61,340 bases of DNA, filler included, from Hausera hauseri (GCA_046269625.1; 9 parts of 9 records of this genome joined end to end with filler, not necessarily neighbours in it), one strand, 5' to 3'; counted from the whole stretch's first letter, positions 1 to 13,400 are shown. Numbers and translations: made by a program. The notes: generated by a model from the letters alone, not told the origin.

Positions 1-1
1 A

Positions 2-184
2 GAAGTATGGGATCAGGTGCTGGTGCGGAAAGAATCCGGAAGAAAGGAGAAAGACAAATACGAAGGCCCGTACACAATCATTGAGAAAGTTCACGGCAGG
101 CGATACATACTACGACATGAAGATGGCCAAACTTTGGAGAGAAACGTAGAGAAGCTACGAAGATTCTTAAAAAGGGGGATGTGA
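2..184 (+). mobile_element. Ty3/gypsy integrase C-terminus (GPY/F module), 5'-truncated by the contig edge
   Basis: Frame +2 reads EVWDQVLVRKESGRKEKDKYEGPYTIIEKVHGRRYILRHEDGQTLERNVEKLRRFLKRGM*. It has a GPY motif and runs through a polypurine tract (aaaaaggggga, ~169-179) into the LTR. Confidence 0.85.
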
Positions 185-345
185 GGATATAATCGAGGAC
201 GGAAATTCTAAATTTAAATTGGAAACATTTTTAAATTTTAAAAAATATAATTTAAAAGTGTAATGTTGAAGTATAATTTAAATTTTAGAATTTGGCAAAA
301 TTTGTTTCCAAATAAGTATTTTGGATTATAATAATATTTTCAACA
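180..345 (+). mobile_element. Short LTR (~166 bp), preceded by a PPT and followed by a PBS-like site
   Basis: Starts TGTGAG right after the PPT and ends TCAACA. TGGTGTTAAC (PBS-like) follows at 348, then a gag-leader sequence also present at 48115-48250. Confidence 0.7.
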
Positions 346-346
346 A

Positions 347-480
347 CTGGTGTTAACTTTTCAATGAGTAACTACAAATGATCCAATTACGCTTCTGCGG
401 ACATACCAGAGGGCGGGGATTTTCCAATCCTCCCTAAGCTGGGAGACGATGTGGACGGCGTAGATGCGCACGCAGCCAAC
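347..480 (+). mobile_element. PBS plus gag 5' leader of a gypsy element (truncated copy)
   Basis: Closely similar to 48115-48250 (ctggtgttaacttttcaatgagtaactacaaa...gatgcgcacgcagccaaca). The other copy continues as an ORF, MATYATMDIFANQLLPNKFKKGDHVE, that resembles a gag start. Confidence 0.6.
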
Positions 481-1683
481 AGTCACAATTTAGTGACACA
501 GACTTGATTTTGAAAACAGTGCTTCCAAAAAACAACAGTGTCGACTTCATATGTCCAGTATTTCGGGAATGAACTTTACACTAAAGAGCGAACAAATCAT
601 GAAAAATAATGTGACCTTTTCATTAATGTGAGCATCACAATATCTCTGTTACACATTTGGTGGTGGTACTCATTATTAGTTTGTAGGCAGGCGGTCACCA
701 CCTCCTTGTGAGTAGTAGTAGTACTCAATTATGAGCTCGTGGTAATTTGTGCGTCGTCGTCGTCGTACAAAATAAAATTCACGATTTTTCTACAAAAAAC
801 GAACGCATTTATAACGATGACTTTTTAGCAATGCGTTTTTCGATTGTATTTTTCATCCGGTTCCATTGGTCTGATCGTGAGGCGGTTATAATATGAAATT
901 TTCCCCAACTTATGGGTAATTTATGAGACCCATTTCCATCATCGGCAGACTTGAACATGGGTAAATTTTACCCGACGGAAATTTTCCCAACCGGTTTTTC
1001 CCATGTTCCCTTAGTCGCACGACGACGAAACCGTGTCCATTCGACTTGCCAACATCAATTTTACTTCTGTACAAAATTTCGATATACCAGCAACATGTAT
1101 TGCGTTGCCAGTTGAACATTGCCCTTTTTCTTCTTCCGACTCTTGTGCTGCCGGGTTGCATTTTTCGGCTTCGCTGCGCTGTTAACTTTTGTTCGCCTTG
1201 TCCGGCTCGACCGATTGGTCTGGGTTCTAAGTCTATTGCCCGACCTTCTTCTTTCCCTGTGGGAGGATCTTCGACCATCAGATATCAAATGCTCAGAATT
1301 GCAAGATAGGTGGGGAAAACTGGTTTCCAGCTCGATCTGATCACTTTTTGGGAAGTGGTTAGGAAAGGACACTTCTACCTACTCATACTCCACGCTTTTG
1401 AAAAATCGTGGCTCATTATTACCAAATGGAGGTAGTTCCAAAATTTATCATTGAAGAAACATACGAACAGAAATTTTAGTTCCAACATCTTTGACTATCA
1501 CTTGGTTATTCAAAAACTTTCAGTGCAGACAAGTATAAAAGTTAAAATGTTTAAATGTATACAGTTGAATATTTTGATCAAGACGAGGATTTTGTGAATG
1601 TTATAAAATTGTCATAAATCTTTTGCGTTTGACTGAAATTGTGTTTCCAACACAACACGCAACTTTTGTTTGTTTACTACTTA

Positions 1684-2988
1684 CGAGGTGTGATCAAAAA
1701 ATTTGTACAATTTTTAAAATTTCTGCACCAAAAATTTTGGATTATTAAACTTTTTTGTTGGCAAATTGGTTAACCTGTCTTTGAAATTTATTTCAACTGG
1801 CAGCTATATTTGATGTGTATTTTATATTTTACAGCCGTTTAGAAAGTTCTTTTACTATATCTTTAGTGGTTTTTTAATTTTCATAATGAGGGATCAAAAA
1901 ATATGCATTAAATCTTGTGAAAAATGATATCAAATGCTGTAAAACAGTGGAAATGTTGCAGAAGTCATTTGGTAAATCGAGTATGAATAAACGAGCGATT
2001 TACAAACGGCATAAACGTTTTCAAGATGGCCGCGAATTAGTTGAAAATGACGATAGGATTGGGAGACCTAGAACTTCACCCACCAAAAAGAAACATGGAA
2101 GAAGTTGAGGAAAACATCTTTTATGACAGTCAAATTACAATTAGAGAAGTTGCAGAAGAAGTTGGTATATCGTATGGTTCATGCGAAGACGTTTTTACCA
2201 ATGTTTTGGGTATAATGTGAGTAGCAGCAAAATTTGTTCCGAAATTGTTAAACTTTGAACAAAAAATGTGTCGTAAAACAGTCACTCAATATGTCACTCA
2301 TGACTCAACATTTCTTCAGCGCATCAGGATGACGAGACGTGGATCTACGGTTATGATTTCAAAACAAAGGCTCAATAATCTCAATGGAAGCTGCCAAATA
2401 AACCAAGACCCAAAAAAGCACGCTAAGTTTGTTCGCATCTTAAAGTTCTTCTCACTGGTTTTTTCGATTATCGCTGTATGGTATAGCATGAATTTTTATC
2501 TAAAGGTGCTCAAGTTAATAAAGAATATTATTTGAATATACTGCGTAGGTTGCGTGAAGCAATTGGTGGAAAACGGCCAGATTTGTGGAAGAACAACTCT
2601 TAAAGATTGCATCATGATAATGCACCAGCTCATACTTCATCTCTTGTTCGGAATTTTCTGTCCAAAAATAATACTGTAGTGATACCGCGACCACTCTATT
2701 TGCTAGATTTGGTCCAATGTGACTTTTTTCTCTTCACAAAGATGAAAAAAACAATGAAAGGAAAACGTTTTGCGACCATTGAAGAAATAAAAAACAAAAT
2801 TCCTGAAGAAGTTGAACAATATACCAAAATCTGCGTTTCATAAGTGTTTTCGAGAGTGGAATGAACGGTGGAATCAGTGTATTATATTTTATGGGGCCTA
2901 TTTTGAAGGGGCCGATATAAAAATTGATGAATAAATAAATACTGTTTTGCAGAAGAAAGTTTTGGACGAACTTTTTGATCATCCCTGG
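1684..2988 (+). mobile_element. Full-length degenerate mariner (DD34D) transposon
   Basis: Flanked by TA at 1682-83 and 2989-90. Diverged TIRs cgaggtgtgatcaaaaa / tttttgatcatccctgg. Broken transposase with KFVPKLL, DETW, LHHDNAPAHTS and YLLDLVQCDFFLF (YSPDLAPCDF-like), with several frameshifts and stops. Confidence 0.92.
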
Positions 2989-3717
2989 TATATCTTTGCA
3001 AATCTAGATTTGTCTAAGATACAGACGTAACCTTAAACGGTACGTTTAAACGATTCGGCGGTAGCGAATGTAGATACTTTGGATTCACTTATAACACTAA
3101 ATTTTCTGAACAGTAGTTTCTCACAATGGCTACTACTTTACTTCTAAATGCAGATTTTGATGAAATTATGTACACTAAGGTAATTTTGTATGATGAATTC
3201 AAAAATGAAAATTATTTTTGCCCTTAAACAGACATTTCTAAGTTCTGGATAATGATTTTTGTATTATCAGTTCTTTTTGCAAAAGTACTATCCAATATGA
3301 AACTCAAATATCATTACACAATATTACGGTGTTTTATTGAAGAAAAATAATTGCACTGTTAAGTTTAGAGGTTCTAATATAGTTTAGGCCTCACGACCTC
3401 AAACTTAAACTTTAGTTATACTTGCAGTAACCTGTGGGATTACCGAATGTTATTTGATCCTAGTGTGTGAATCGATCGCTTGGATGCATACTAGTAGATT
3501 CCTCCTTATTTATAATGATTTTGAATAAGCGTCTTAATGGGATGCTATACCGAAACGGACCTGGTTTTTAGACACTAGTTAACTATTAATAGAGAGATAT
3601 GATTATGTCACAAAATTTAAGTATTATAAAAAGAAATAAAGTTATACGGCAAGATTTAATAAATTATCAAAGAAAATAGAAAATGCGACTAAAATAAAAA
3701 AATGAAAGACGTAATTA

Positions 3718-4075
3718 CAGTAAGACCCCGCTTAACGCGTAGGATACGTTCCATCAAAGTAGAGCGTAATGCGAAACAGCGCTAAACGAGGCTATCTTAA
3801 CATGTAAATAATGGGGTTAGGGGAAGATGGATAGAAAATTGGTTATGTATTAAATTTAATAATTATGTTTTTTTAATAAAAATTAAACTAAACCTTTATT
3901 TCTTACAAAAATGAAAACATTATAAACGAATATACATATAAAAACAAATAAAATTATAAGTCAGTCAGATCATTCAGTCTATTCTGTGTTTGCAATTTTC
4001 TGCCTTTTTTTCAAGAAGGCATCTAATGTAGTTTGCGTTTTCCTTTTGCGTTTTGTTAGAAGTTGTTGATAAGTG
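3718..4075 (-). mobile_element. pogo/Tigger-like DNA transposon, 3' end with transposase C-terminus
   Basis: TA followed by a TIR-like CAGTAAGACCCCGCTTAACGCG at 3716-3739. The minus strand 4074-3979 reads TYQQLLTKRKRKTQTTLDAFLKKRQKIANTE*, including the PIP-box-like QTTLDAFL typical of pogo transposase tails. Confidence 0.75.
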
Positions 4076-4175
4076 NNNNNNNNNNNNNNNNNNNNNNNNN
4101 NNNNNNNNNNNNNNNNNNNTTAATTAATTAANNNNNNNNNNNNNNNNNNNNNNNNNNNNNNNNNNNNNNNNNNNN
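4076..4175. other. Artificial contig spacer (N44-TTAATTAATTAA-N44); also at 8279-8378, 15808-15907, 21194-21293, 27222-27321, 31759-31858, 48327-48426 and 56925-57024
   Basis: The same 100-bp linker, with stops in all six frames, occurs eight times. Confidence 0.99.
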
Positions 4176-6394
4176 AAATACGATAGAAGAACTAAGAAAA
4201 ATATTATTATACTTTGCAATCAAGACAAACTCAACTCGAGAAAATGACTTAAATTGAGCTACGAGCTTGGCACAAAAAACATCTAGAAAACTTCCAAGAA
4301 AGTAAATTGGTCAAAATTGTTCGACAAAGTAGAAGACAAAAAGAATAGTAATAATGGACTCAGAGACATTATACGCAATTTAACGACAACGGATAATAAT
4401 AACCGAAAAAGCGAATCAAATTGGTTAGTCAGCCTATTTACAATAATGATGTTATAAAACAAATGAGTGCTGTCACTGTCTATGATTGTGACAGATTCAA
4501 GCTTGGACAAAAATATTTACTGATGGACTTAGAAGCATGTGAAGATGCTGACCACACAAATTTGAAACAAAGGAGAAAAGTTATTTCCTGTACCAACAAC
4601 AAGAATTGATATCTTTGGATGGCATGGAATGTGTGCTGAGACGATCTCGTTGTATTTTTTATTGTGGGCTAATGCACGGATACTCATCGATAATTAAACC
4701 AACAACCCCTCCAATTTAAATGAATTTGGAAAGATAATATTGTAAGCAAGCCCGAGAAACCGGAAGACTGAAATGGGATAGCATGGAATTAGAAACGCAA
4801 CCCGGAAAAATAATTAGAGTATATAAGATAGTAGCCGGAAGACTAGATATGCATAATGGGAACTGTGGCGGAACGGAATACGATACCGGAAAAACACTGG
4901 AAGCAAACGTAGTGGTAGTAGACTTTTACGATTCGGAAATGCGAGTTCAAAAAGTAATATTCCATAGCGTCACTAAGAATCAAAAATGTCACATTCAAGA
5001 CGAAACTTGTGCCTTCAAAAGTTCTGTCGTCATATGGGAACCGCCCACCGAAAAGGCCTGTAATTTTATTAAGATAAAGGAATTGAAATTTAATGAAACT
5101 GCCAAAAAACGATACGTAGATAAATCCAACATCAATTCAAGAGCACGTAAAGACGTATCAGGGCATTATACACCTACAATATTAATATCTGATCAACATG
5201 GATTGAAATTCATACAAAAGAAAATGATTTCATGATGTGAAGTAGTAATGTTTACCACTAACTACGAAGCGTTCTTCGTCGCAGAAACGGAGTTAAACGC
5301 GAAAACATACAATTTTGAAACAAAAGACATTCGAATCGAGGATTATCTAAAAACAGAGACGATTATTTTTATTATAAAGGGAAGGTTGGAATTAATGAAC
5401 TATACCACAGAATGATAATTAACGATTGTAAATTAGATGCGGAAATTATGTCGACAAAATTAGCTTTTATTTATGCGAACCCTGAGTAAGCATCACCAAT
5501 CATTTCCATGAGAGAAAAAATTTTTGGTCGTGTTACTGGTGATGTTCTACTAACTTATGAATGCGAGAAGAGAGATATACCAATTAATGTCGAGGAAAAA
5601 CGATGCATACAAGAACTTCCCGTGATCTATCAGAATACTCCGCGCTTAGCCATGCCTCTCTAGAGTATTGCTAGACAACGCAACACAACCTACAATATTG
5701 AAGGATTACAAAGCAAGTTTGGGTGAACCAATGTTTAGACGTAGTGAAACGGATTGGGTTAGCTTACCAAATGGAGGTATCACTGCCGCTCCAAATAAAT
5801 TAACTGGAACTAATTTAGCAAAAGGAATTACCGACGACAAGTTCCAGGATACATCTCAAAAGGGCATTTACAGACCAAGAGATCGAAGCTTTTCGACAAT
5901 TTCTCGCTTTTCCACGACAACGAACACATGAATTAAACCGGGCCATGGCGTCAGTAGTACACACCCGATATCAGGCTAAATGGGAATCCTTGCTTGGTGC
6001 GAACCACTACCAGCGAGTGACCACAGAAATACTGTACAAAATATGGGGAAGATTGTTAATTTTTGGACAAGCTGCATCTGGATTCTTAGCAATATATTTC
6101 CTGATACAGATGGTTAAGGCCGTCATCCAAGCAGTAATTAATGGATGCGAGATATTTACATTGACTGGATTTTCATGTAAACTATTAACTGCAATTATCA
6201 CACCGCTTGGCAAAATGCTTAAAGCGTATGAAGAGAATCGATGGAAAAATGACGTTGAACGCCATGCCGGCTATTATCATAAACGTCGAGCAAGACCCGT
6301 ATTTCGATTGATACACAAGGCTAAGAAACCAATGACACGAAGAAATAATTCAGATGATGATGAGCCTAAGGGAGGAGATGCAATTCTCAGGTAA
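4176..6394 (+). pseudogene. Retroelement env: chuvirus/herpes-gB-like (class III) fusion glycoprotein with upstream leader, degenerate
   Basis: Reconstructed across frameshifts: hydrophobic signal NWLVSLFTIMML/IKQMSA|VTVYDC, then a Cys-rich ectodomain (CVLRRSRCIFYCG, NGNCGG, CHIQDETC, VIWE, INDCKL, TYEC, RCIQELPV, KGIY), then a C-terminal hydrophobic region IWGRLLIFGQAASGFLAIYFLIQMVKAVIQAVINGCEIFTLTGFSCKLLTAII and a basic tail. The motif pattern matches chuvirus-type glycoproteins as I recall them. Confidence 0.8.
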
Positions 6395-7700
6395 AATAGA
6401 CACAAAATGTATTCCATAATTAGAGCACCCTTACCTATCATGCCACCAACGGCTGGAATATACAAAGATTGCAACAGAACATCTATGATGTCATACAGAT
6501 CAGCAATCTGCCAGAAACCCTTCAGCTATGAAGATCCTTATGAAGGAACAAAACAATATGCAGTATTTAAGAAAATGCAAATCACTATTCGATGACGAGC
6601 AGAGGACGACCACGGGATATTATATTCAGCGAGGATAGCTCGGAACATAGAAACAAGATCAACAGTATGGGGAACGCAAGGAACGAAATCTTTCCAAAAT
6701 CCAACAGTACAAGAACTATTAATCAGAAACAACGCAAATAACCTGGTAGTTAACGACTTATACCCTAACGAAGAATTGAAACAGCTGAGCAAAAATATTA
6801 TTTCATCACCAGAGATAACGATAAACGGGCATAAAATTTCTTCAGTTAAACGACCAAAAGACGTCTCGAGTTGTTACGGGTCAGTTATGGAAAGAAGGTC
6901 CTTCACAAAAGTTACTATTGAAGATTGGGAAGTCTATGCCTTAATTGACACCGGATCAGAAAAATTGTTTATCAAATTAGAATCAATACCGCCGGCATTA
7001 CGGAAACAACTGAAACCTGCATCGTTGTCAGACCCAGGCAGCATAGGAGCTTTTGGGCAAGAATCCAAACCAAAATTTAAATGGAGTCCTTTAGTTCAGT
7101 TAATGGGTCAAATCCTTAAACATGGGTTCGCTATAATAGATCAACTTACTGATGACGTAGTACTAGGATGTGACATATTGAAACAATTACCCAATATCGC
7201 AATAAACTTACAGACTGGAAAATTACTTAAACTTGGACCAGTAAAAGGGATTAAAACAATGAAAGAAAGGAAGCAAGGAGAAGTATGGATTCCCGAACCG
7301 AAATGCTAATTTACGCTCAAATCCGCGAAGAGGACGACCAACCAGTATATTTTGAGCCACAAGAGGACGTTAATCCAAATATTATACTTAGTAACATTTT
7401 GACAAGAGTAACGACAGGAAGAGTACCAGTCAGATTAGTAAACAATGCACCAACTCCTGTAAAGTTGTACGTCAATACCACATTGGGTCATGCTTATAAA
7501 GTATCGGCAATAACAATTGAATAAAAACCATATAAATATGCTGAAGTTCCACCTCATGTCAAAACAAAGTTTTCACCAGAGGCATATTGTCAATTTTACG
7601 AATTAATATGTAAATATAAGTCGATTATTGCCCAAAATAAAGAAGACATAGGTAGAGCGAAAACCTTAAGATTAACGATTCCGTTACACAAGAAACCTGG
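6395..7700 (+). mobile_element. Ty3/gypsy pol 5' part: linker, aspartic protease and pre-RT region (RT missing)
   Basis: YALIDTGSE catalytic motif, IGAFG flap and VVLGCDIL. Then a typical PR-RT linker (VPVRLVNN..PVKLYVNTTLG) and IIAQNKEDIGRAKTLRLTIP, after which the sequence becomes non-coding. Confidence 0.85.
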
Positions 7701-8869
7701 CTCCAATGATGAAATTGACTTGGAAGAGCAGAAGATCCCTAAATGGTACTGTAAGGTTCCACCTTACAACAAAATTGAAATAATCATTTAAAAATTTCTA
7801 ACAACAAAATATTAAAATTTATAAGCAAAGAATTTTTAATACTAAATTCGAAATTCAAAAATCGCAAAACTTAAAATAAATGTCTTAAACTTAAAATCGC
7901 AAATTTAAATAACAATTCAAAAAATTAAATTTCCCGACACATAACAAAATCCCCAACAAAAATCACATCGACTTAATATAAAAATTTAACAAAAGACAAA
8001 TCAAATAATCACGGATTCATACTAACAAAACAAAAAATAAAACATTTAGCAAGTGCCAAAGCGACCAGCACTTGCAAATAAAAAAATAATAAACAATCAA
8101 AATCTGTGGATTCAAGTCCATTTTGTTTGAATCCACAGTTTTCCAAAAGGCAGTTCTATTCAAAAGGAAAAAAAGTTATTGTCAAAAAATCTATGAACAC
8201 GACACAACAAACCAAAATGAAACCGATTGCCGAAATCCAAAAAAGATCACACGTTACCACGGGAGTTTCATCAATAGANNNNNNNNNNNNNNNNNNNNNN
8301 NNNNNNNNNNNNNNNNNNNNNNTTAATTAATTAANNNNNNNNNNNNNNNNNNNNNNNNNNNNNNNNNNNNNNNNNNNNCATGGAGAAGCTTGTGAATCAC
8401 TGAAAAACTAAAGTCTTAACAAAAGTCACTACACACGGAGGCGGGCAATGAGGAAGAGAATATGTATACTTTATCAGCGCATAAAATGGCAGTAAAGTCT
8501 TGCAGCCCTTCTCCCCCCACGACCAGTTGGGACTGTCCCGCATGTTCTATAATTTAGTTAATCCGTCACAAGGACCCTCGACACCTGTGTCTCATTCGCA
8601 CAGAATAAACCATGAGAGCGGAATCAATCTTATAGACAGGTATTGGACAGGTTGCCTCCATTAAGCCATCACTGCTGAAATGCACACTTTTAATTTATAC
8701 AAATTATTGCTTGTTGAAAAAAAAACATGTCTGTGCATGTTCACTTGTTTTTTGTGTTGACAAAATATCCCATAAATCAGTTGACAGTTATTATTATTAT
8801 TATTTATTATTAACCTTTATTTAACCAGGCTATGCCCATAAGGGAGACCTGAAAGCAACTTGACACACT

Positions 8870-9220
8870 TGTTGTGTTTGTGTGTGTCTGTGTGTGGGTG
8901 GTCATGTCTTGCTATCTTTGTGAGGACCTGTTTTGCCACAGAAGTCCCTTGTGAGGACATTTTCCAAATTTTGCCCTTGTGAGGACCATCCTCACAAGGG
9001 GAAACGCGATTGTTGGGTCAGGGGTTAAGGTTAGCCCCTTAGATATGAATTGAGTTTATGTTAGGGTTAATATGAGGCATCTTCCTGTGAGGTTAATTTT
9101 AGGGGATGTGGTCAGGGGAGGGCAGTAGAAATTACATTATGGCAATGTAAGTTTTCACAAGGGCTGCAAGACAAGTGTGTGTGTGTGGGTGTGTGTGTGT
9201 CTGTGTGCGCGCGCACGTGT
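8870..9220. repeat. Teleost-type non-autonomous element/MITE with (TG)n ends and an internal ttaggg-like tract
   Basis: (TG)n at both ends, repeated ttgtgaggac units, inverted ends (tgtcttgc..ttgtgaggac / tcacaag..gcaagaca) and a ggttaagg/ttagggtta core. Confidence 0.55.
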
Positions 9221-10456
9221 TTATATATGCGTCTATTTTTCGTCAGTCAATATGGCGACAGACCTGTTGAACAAGCAGAATCCGGTTACAGTCAAGGTTA
9301 CTGCAGTTATATTTCTCAGCACTGTCTTATCAGTCGCCTTCGTTTGGAACAAATTATCTTCTAAAGTCTGTTTGCATCTGTGTATTTTCTCAACAAAGCC
9401 AACAGATCAGGACATGTGACCCTGTAAATGACAAACTTCTTGATAAGAAATAAAAACATTTATTTTTCATACTGCTTCTTCGGCATGCAACGGTTTTATT
9501 ATCCTTATATTGATCAATTGTAAGCCTTTTAATCCGTCAACGTATCAGGTCTTTTAATTTTTTTTTTTACTCACCAGTATTTATCCTTTTACTTTTAAGA
9601 AATCATGTCCCATAATAAACAGCACCTTAAGTAAGTAAAACAATACAATGAAACAAAAACCATCAACTTTTTTTTGATCAAATATGGTTTGTATCTTAAA
9701 ACCATTTCCCGTTCAGACAAGAGAAACAAAATTGTAGCTGAAAGCTGTTATAAATAGAGAAAAAAAAATTGCTCAACAAATTTAACACAGGAGATGCAGG
9801 GTGGAGGCAACACACAAACAAAGTGACTTTCCTGTTTGTATCATACTGGCCTGTAGGTAATTGGCTCATTTTTATTTCACTGTTCACATACCAGCCGCAG
9901 AGCTTTGAAAGAAGACTAGACTCTGCAGTGGCCTCTTTTGACACTTTTTATTTTAAACACACAGCTCAACATTGTATTGTGAAGTGAAACAATAACAAAA
10001 ATACTTACTAAGAACACAAGCTAATTAAACCATTGCTCAGCTATGCGCTGTACTTCCTTCCGTTTTTTTTATTAGATAAATAAATTTAGCAGAAAACAGA
10101 ACTTCAAGCATTTTAGTACAATTGCAAAAGTGAAAAGTGGAACACTTGGTTTCCTGCCTCTTTTGCTCTCCGTTGTGTAACATTTGGTGCCTACCAGCCT
10201 TATCCAACACTTTATTTACCAGAAATAAATACAAAGAAATAGCTGAATTTTTTATCTTAACAATGTAAAAGTTTGCATCACAGATGTTAAAGAATATCTA
10301 TGTTGCGCTTATGTTTCTTGCTCAAGAAAAAAAAAACAACTAACTTTTAATCCAGTTTATTACATTCAGTATGGCTCTTGTTTTTCCTCTCCAGTGCTAC
10401 TACATTTTAAAGGAGGCTGCATTTTCCAACGCTGTTGATATTTTTCAAGTAATTTC

Positions 10457-13400
10457 TCATGTTGAATAATCCATGTTAGCATAAATACTGTCTGTGTGTT
10501 TTGCGCTTTGGCTCATCTCAATTGTTGGTGCCTACAAAGACAGAGGACAGGAAATATTAAGGTTGTTGGATAAAACAAACATTTATGTCACAAGACTTTA
10601 TCTGTAGTGGTCTTAGAAAGCAAAACTAAACTCACTGAAAAACAACACAAAACAAAATGAGTTAAGTACTAGAATAAATAGACAGATTTGGACTTGAATT
10701 GCTGCGGACCACTGACAGGATTTTCTTTATAAGAAGGGGAGGGTCTAAAATAGGCACCAGAAGGTATAAATGGTGGCATCACAAATGGAGCAGAGGTGTA
10801 CAGTAACTAAGTACATTTACTTCATGCAGTATTTATGTCACGTTTTTTGAGACATTGTAATTTTACCAAGTTTCTTTTTAAATCATTACTTTTATTTTTA
10901 TCGTGTTACATTCAAAACATAAAAATGATACGTTTGCTTCTTTACCATGTGTTACAATCATATATTCATCCAAAAAGTATTTTTGGTCTTGTTTTGAGAC
11001 TGATATAAGGGCAGAATGTATTAGTTAACAATATTATTAACCTGGAAATTTGTCTTATTTCAGACAGTTTTACCAAGCAGAATTGTATCACTGCGAGATT
11101 AATTCACTTAATTTGAGAAGACTCAGACTATAAGAAAGGGCAGGACTAATGGTGGTTAGCACTGACACCTTACGGGAAGAGGGTCCTGAGTTTGATCCAC
11201 GGGTTGGGCTTGGGGTCTTTCTGTGCAGACTTTGCATGTTGTCCTTGTGGCTGCATGGGTTTTCTACAGGACCTAGAGAAAACCGAAGCACCTAGAGTCT
11301 AGGTGCTTCGGTTTTACTAACTTATTTCTTTCAAGCTCTTTATATATCTTTGGTTATCAGCCAGTTGATGCATGTATGTTAAGTTATTCTCCATAAACAA
11401 CACAGTATGCATCCATCTTTACAGACATAAAAAACTTCACATATTCTTTCAAAGACTTTTGTGAAATTTGCAAATTTCTGAAGGTCAGTATACAGGTCAA
11501 TGTTGGAGGGAGTTGAGTTGTAGGTTGGAGACTCCAAAGCTCAGTCAGAGCTTTGAGGGGAGATCAGCAGACACAGAGGACAAGTTTGTAAAGGGTCATA
11601 TTGACTCAAGGACATCCACGTCTTCTCTCTTTCAAAACATCACCTTGGTGTAGTGTTTACCATTCAGGACGAATCTCACTCGCAAATTATTGATGTGTAT
11701 AATGAGCTTGGATATCAGTGCCTATTTGGAGCCAGTCTGATGGGTTTTGAGACAACTGGGGTTTGACATGTTGCAGAGGAGCAAACAACAGCATATAAAT
11801 CCCAACCTGTTAGCACACAGTTTCATTTCCATCACTCTGTCTGCGTGCTTAGATTTCTGTTATTTTGATCGCGAGTGTATTTTAACTTCAAGAAATAAAA
11901 TGTACCTCAATGTTAATGTAGATGGGTTCATCAATGACTTTTTCTTCAGGTGGTTCCATGTCTAATGTTTTGCAAGATGCTTTGCTGAGAAACAAAAAAA
12001 AAGACATATACCAGTTTGAGAACTGAATGAATTGTCATTGTTTTAGTTCACATGATTGGATAAAAGATATTTTAAAACATCTGTCAAGAACATTAAATAA
12101 AAAAAAAGAAATCAGATGAAACATATTACTAATGGTACGTCACAAAAAAAAACACATTAAATTATCAAATCAAACCTTTTGGGTGCTTGGGAAGCGGCTC
12201 TGCTGAAGTTTACATAATACCCAGATTCCTTTCGATTTAGCTGGCGTGACCTGGGAAGATAAGATATATCTATTTTAAACACATGAGATCAAACATATTA
12301 CTACAGTAAGATGTATTTAAAATTAATAAATTTTCATATAGAAAGATACTGAGTCCCTAAAGGGACATCGGATGGAGAAAAAAAACTTGGAATGGATTTT
12401 TTTATTTCCCCTGAAATTTTTTCTTTTTTCTTTGTATTAAACTGGATGGAGCTGATGGAACTGACATCATTTTCCAGATCACCTTTGGCAAACAACATCT
12501 GAGCCACCAAAGAACTGTCCTTTGCGGTATCTGGGCCAAGTGTTAGTGCCTTGTGTGGGCCAGAACTGAGCAAGATACATTGTGCTATGTGGGATTTAAT
12601 GGTCTAATTTCTCTCTTTCATTTGGAAAGCATGCATCTTTAATTATTGTGTCACATGCAAACACCAGATTTACCAAGTCGTCATTATTATTATCATCATT
12701 TATTTTTTTAAGTGAGACAGACATCGACTTTCAGTTGAAAACCTTGAACTGATAGCATGTTCTTTCCAACTCTGACCTTTGAAATCCCTCTGCGAGTCCG
12801 TCTGTTGCATGTGCATAAATGCGCTTAGTTAGATTAAAACAGCAAATTAGCAGATAAGGGTCAGAAAATAAAATTTCTGCTCACGTTGGTTAGGTGTCAT
12901 GCTGTAGAGACATGCTTCTTGGTCTAAAAATTGTTGACATGTGATATAACTGCAGAAACTTAAAAAGGGTACCATGGGTCTCAGCACTCCCATGATACAT
13001 ATAAATACGTTCAAAATATCACACCATATATAAGACCTGAAAAAATGTTTACCTTTTGTATTTTATGAAAACAATAATCCCAATAGTGATAATGATCAGA
13101 AGAGCAACAACTGGTATACAGACGGCCATGTAGATCTTGTCATTTCCCAATGAACTTGGCATGGGGACAGCTGTGGATAATAAGTAGAATAAGAGAAGCT
13201 AAACCACAGATTTAATAGAACTGAATATCAGCTTAGACAATCCTAAGAAATCCATGTAGTAAATATACTTACTTGTTGTTTTCAGTGCGGAGGTCGTTAC
13301 AACTGAATAATCTGTGCCTTGAGAAAATATAAAAATGGTTTCAATGGTTTTATATTCAAACCATCCATGCATTATCTGTACACGTTTAATCCTTACAGGG

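Noticed and set aside
910-1372. Four overlapping ORFs in a GC-richer patch
   Set aside because: No recognisable motif in any frame. Probably part of an unclassified repeat or UTR, and I could not define termini.
4076-4175. Recurrent TTAATTAATTAA palindrome flanked by Ns
   Set aside because: Artificial six-frame-stop linker. Adjacency across it has no biological meaning.
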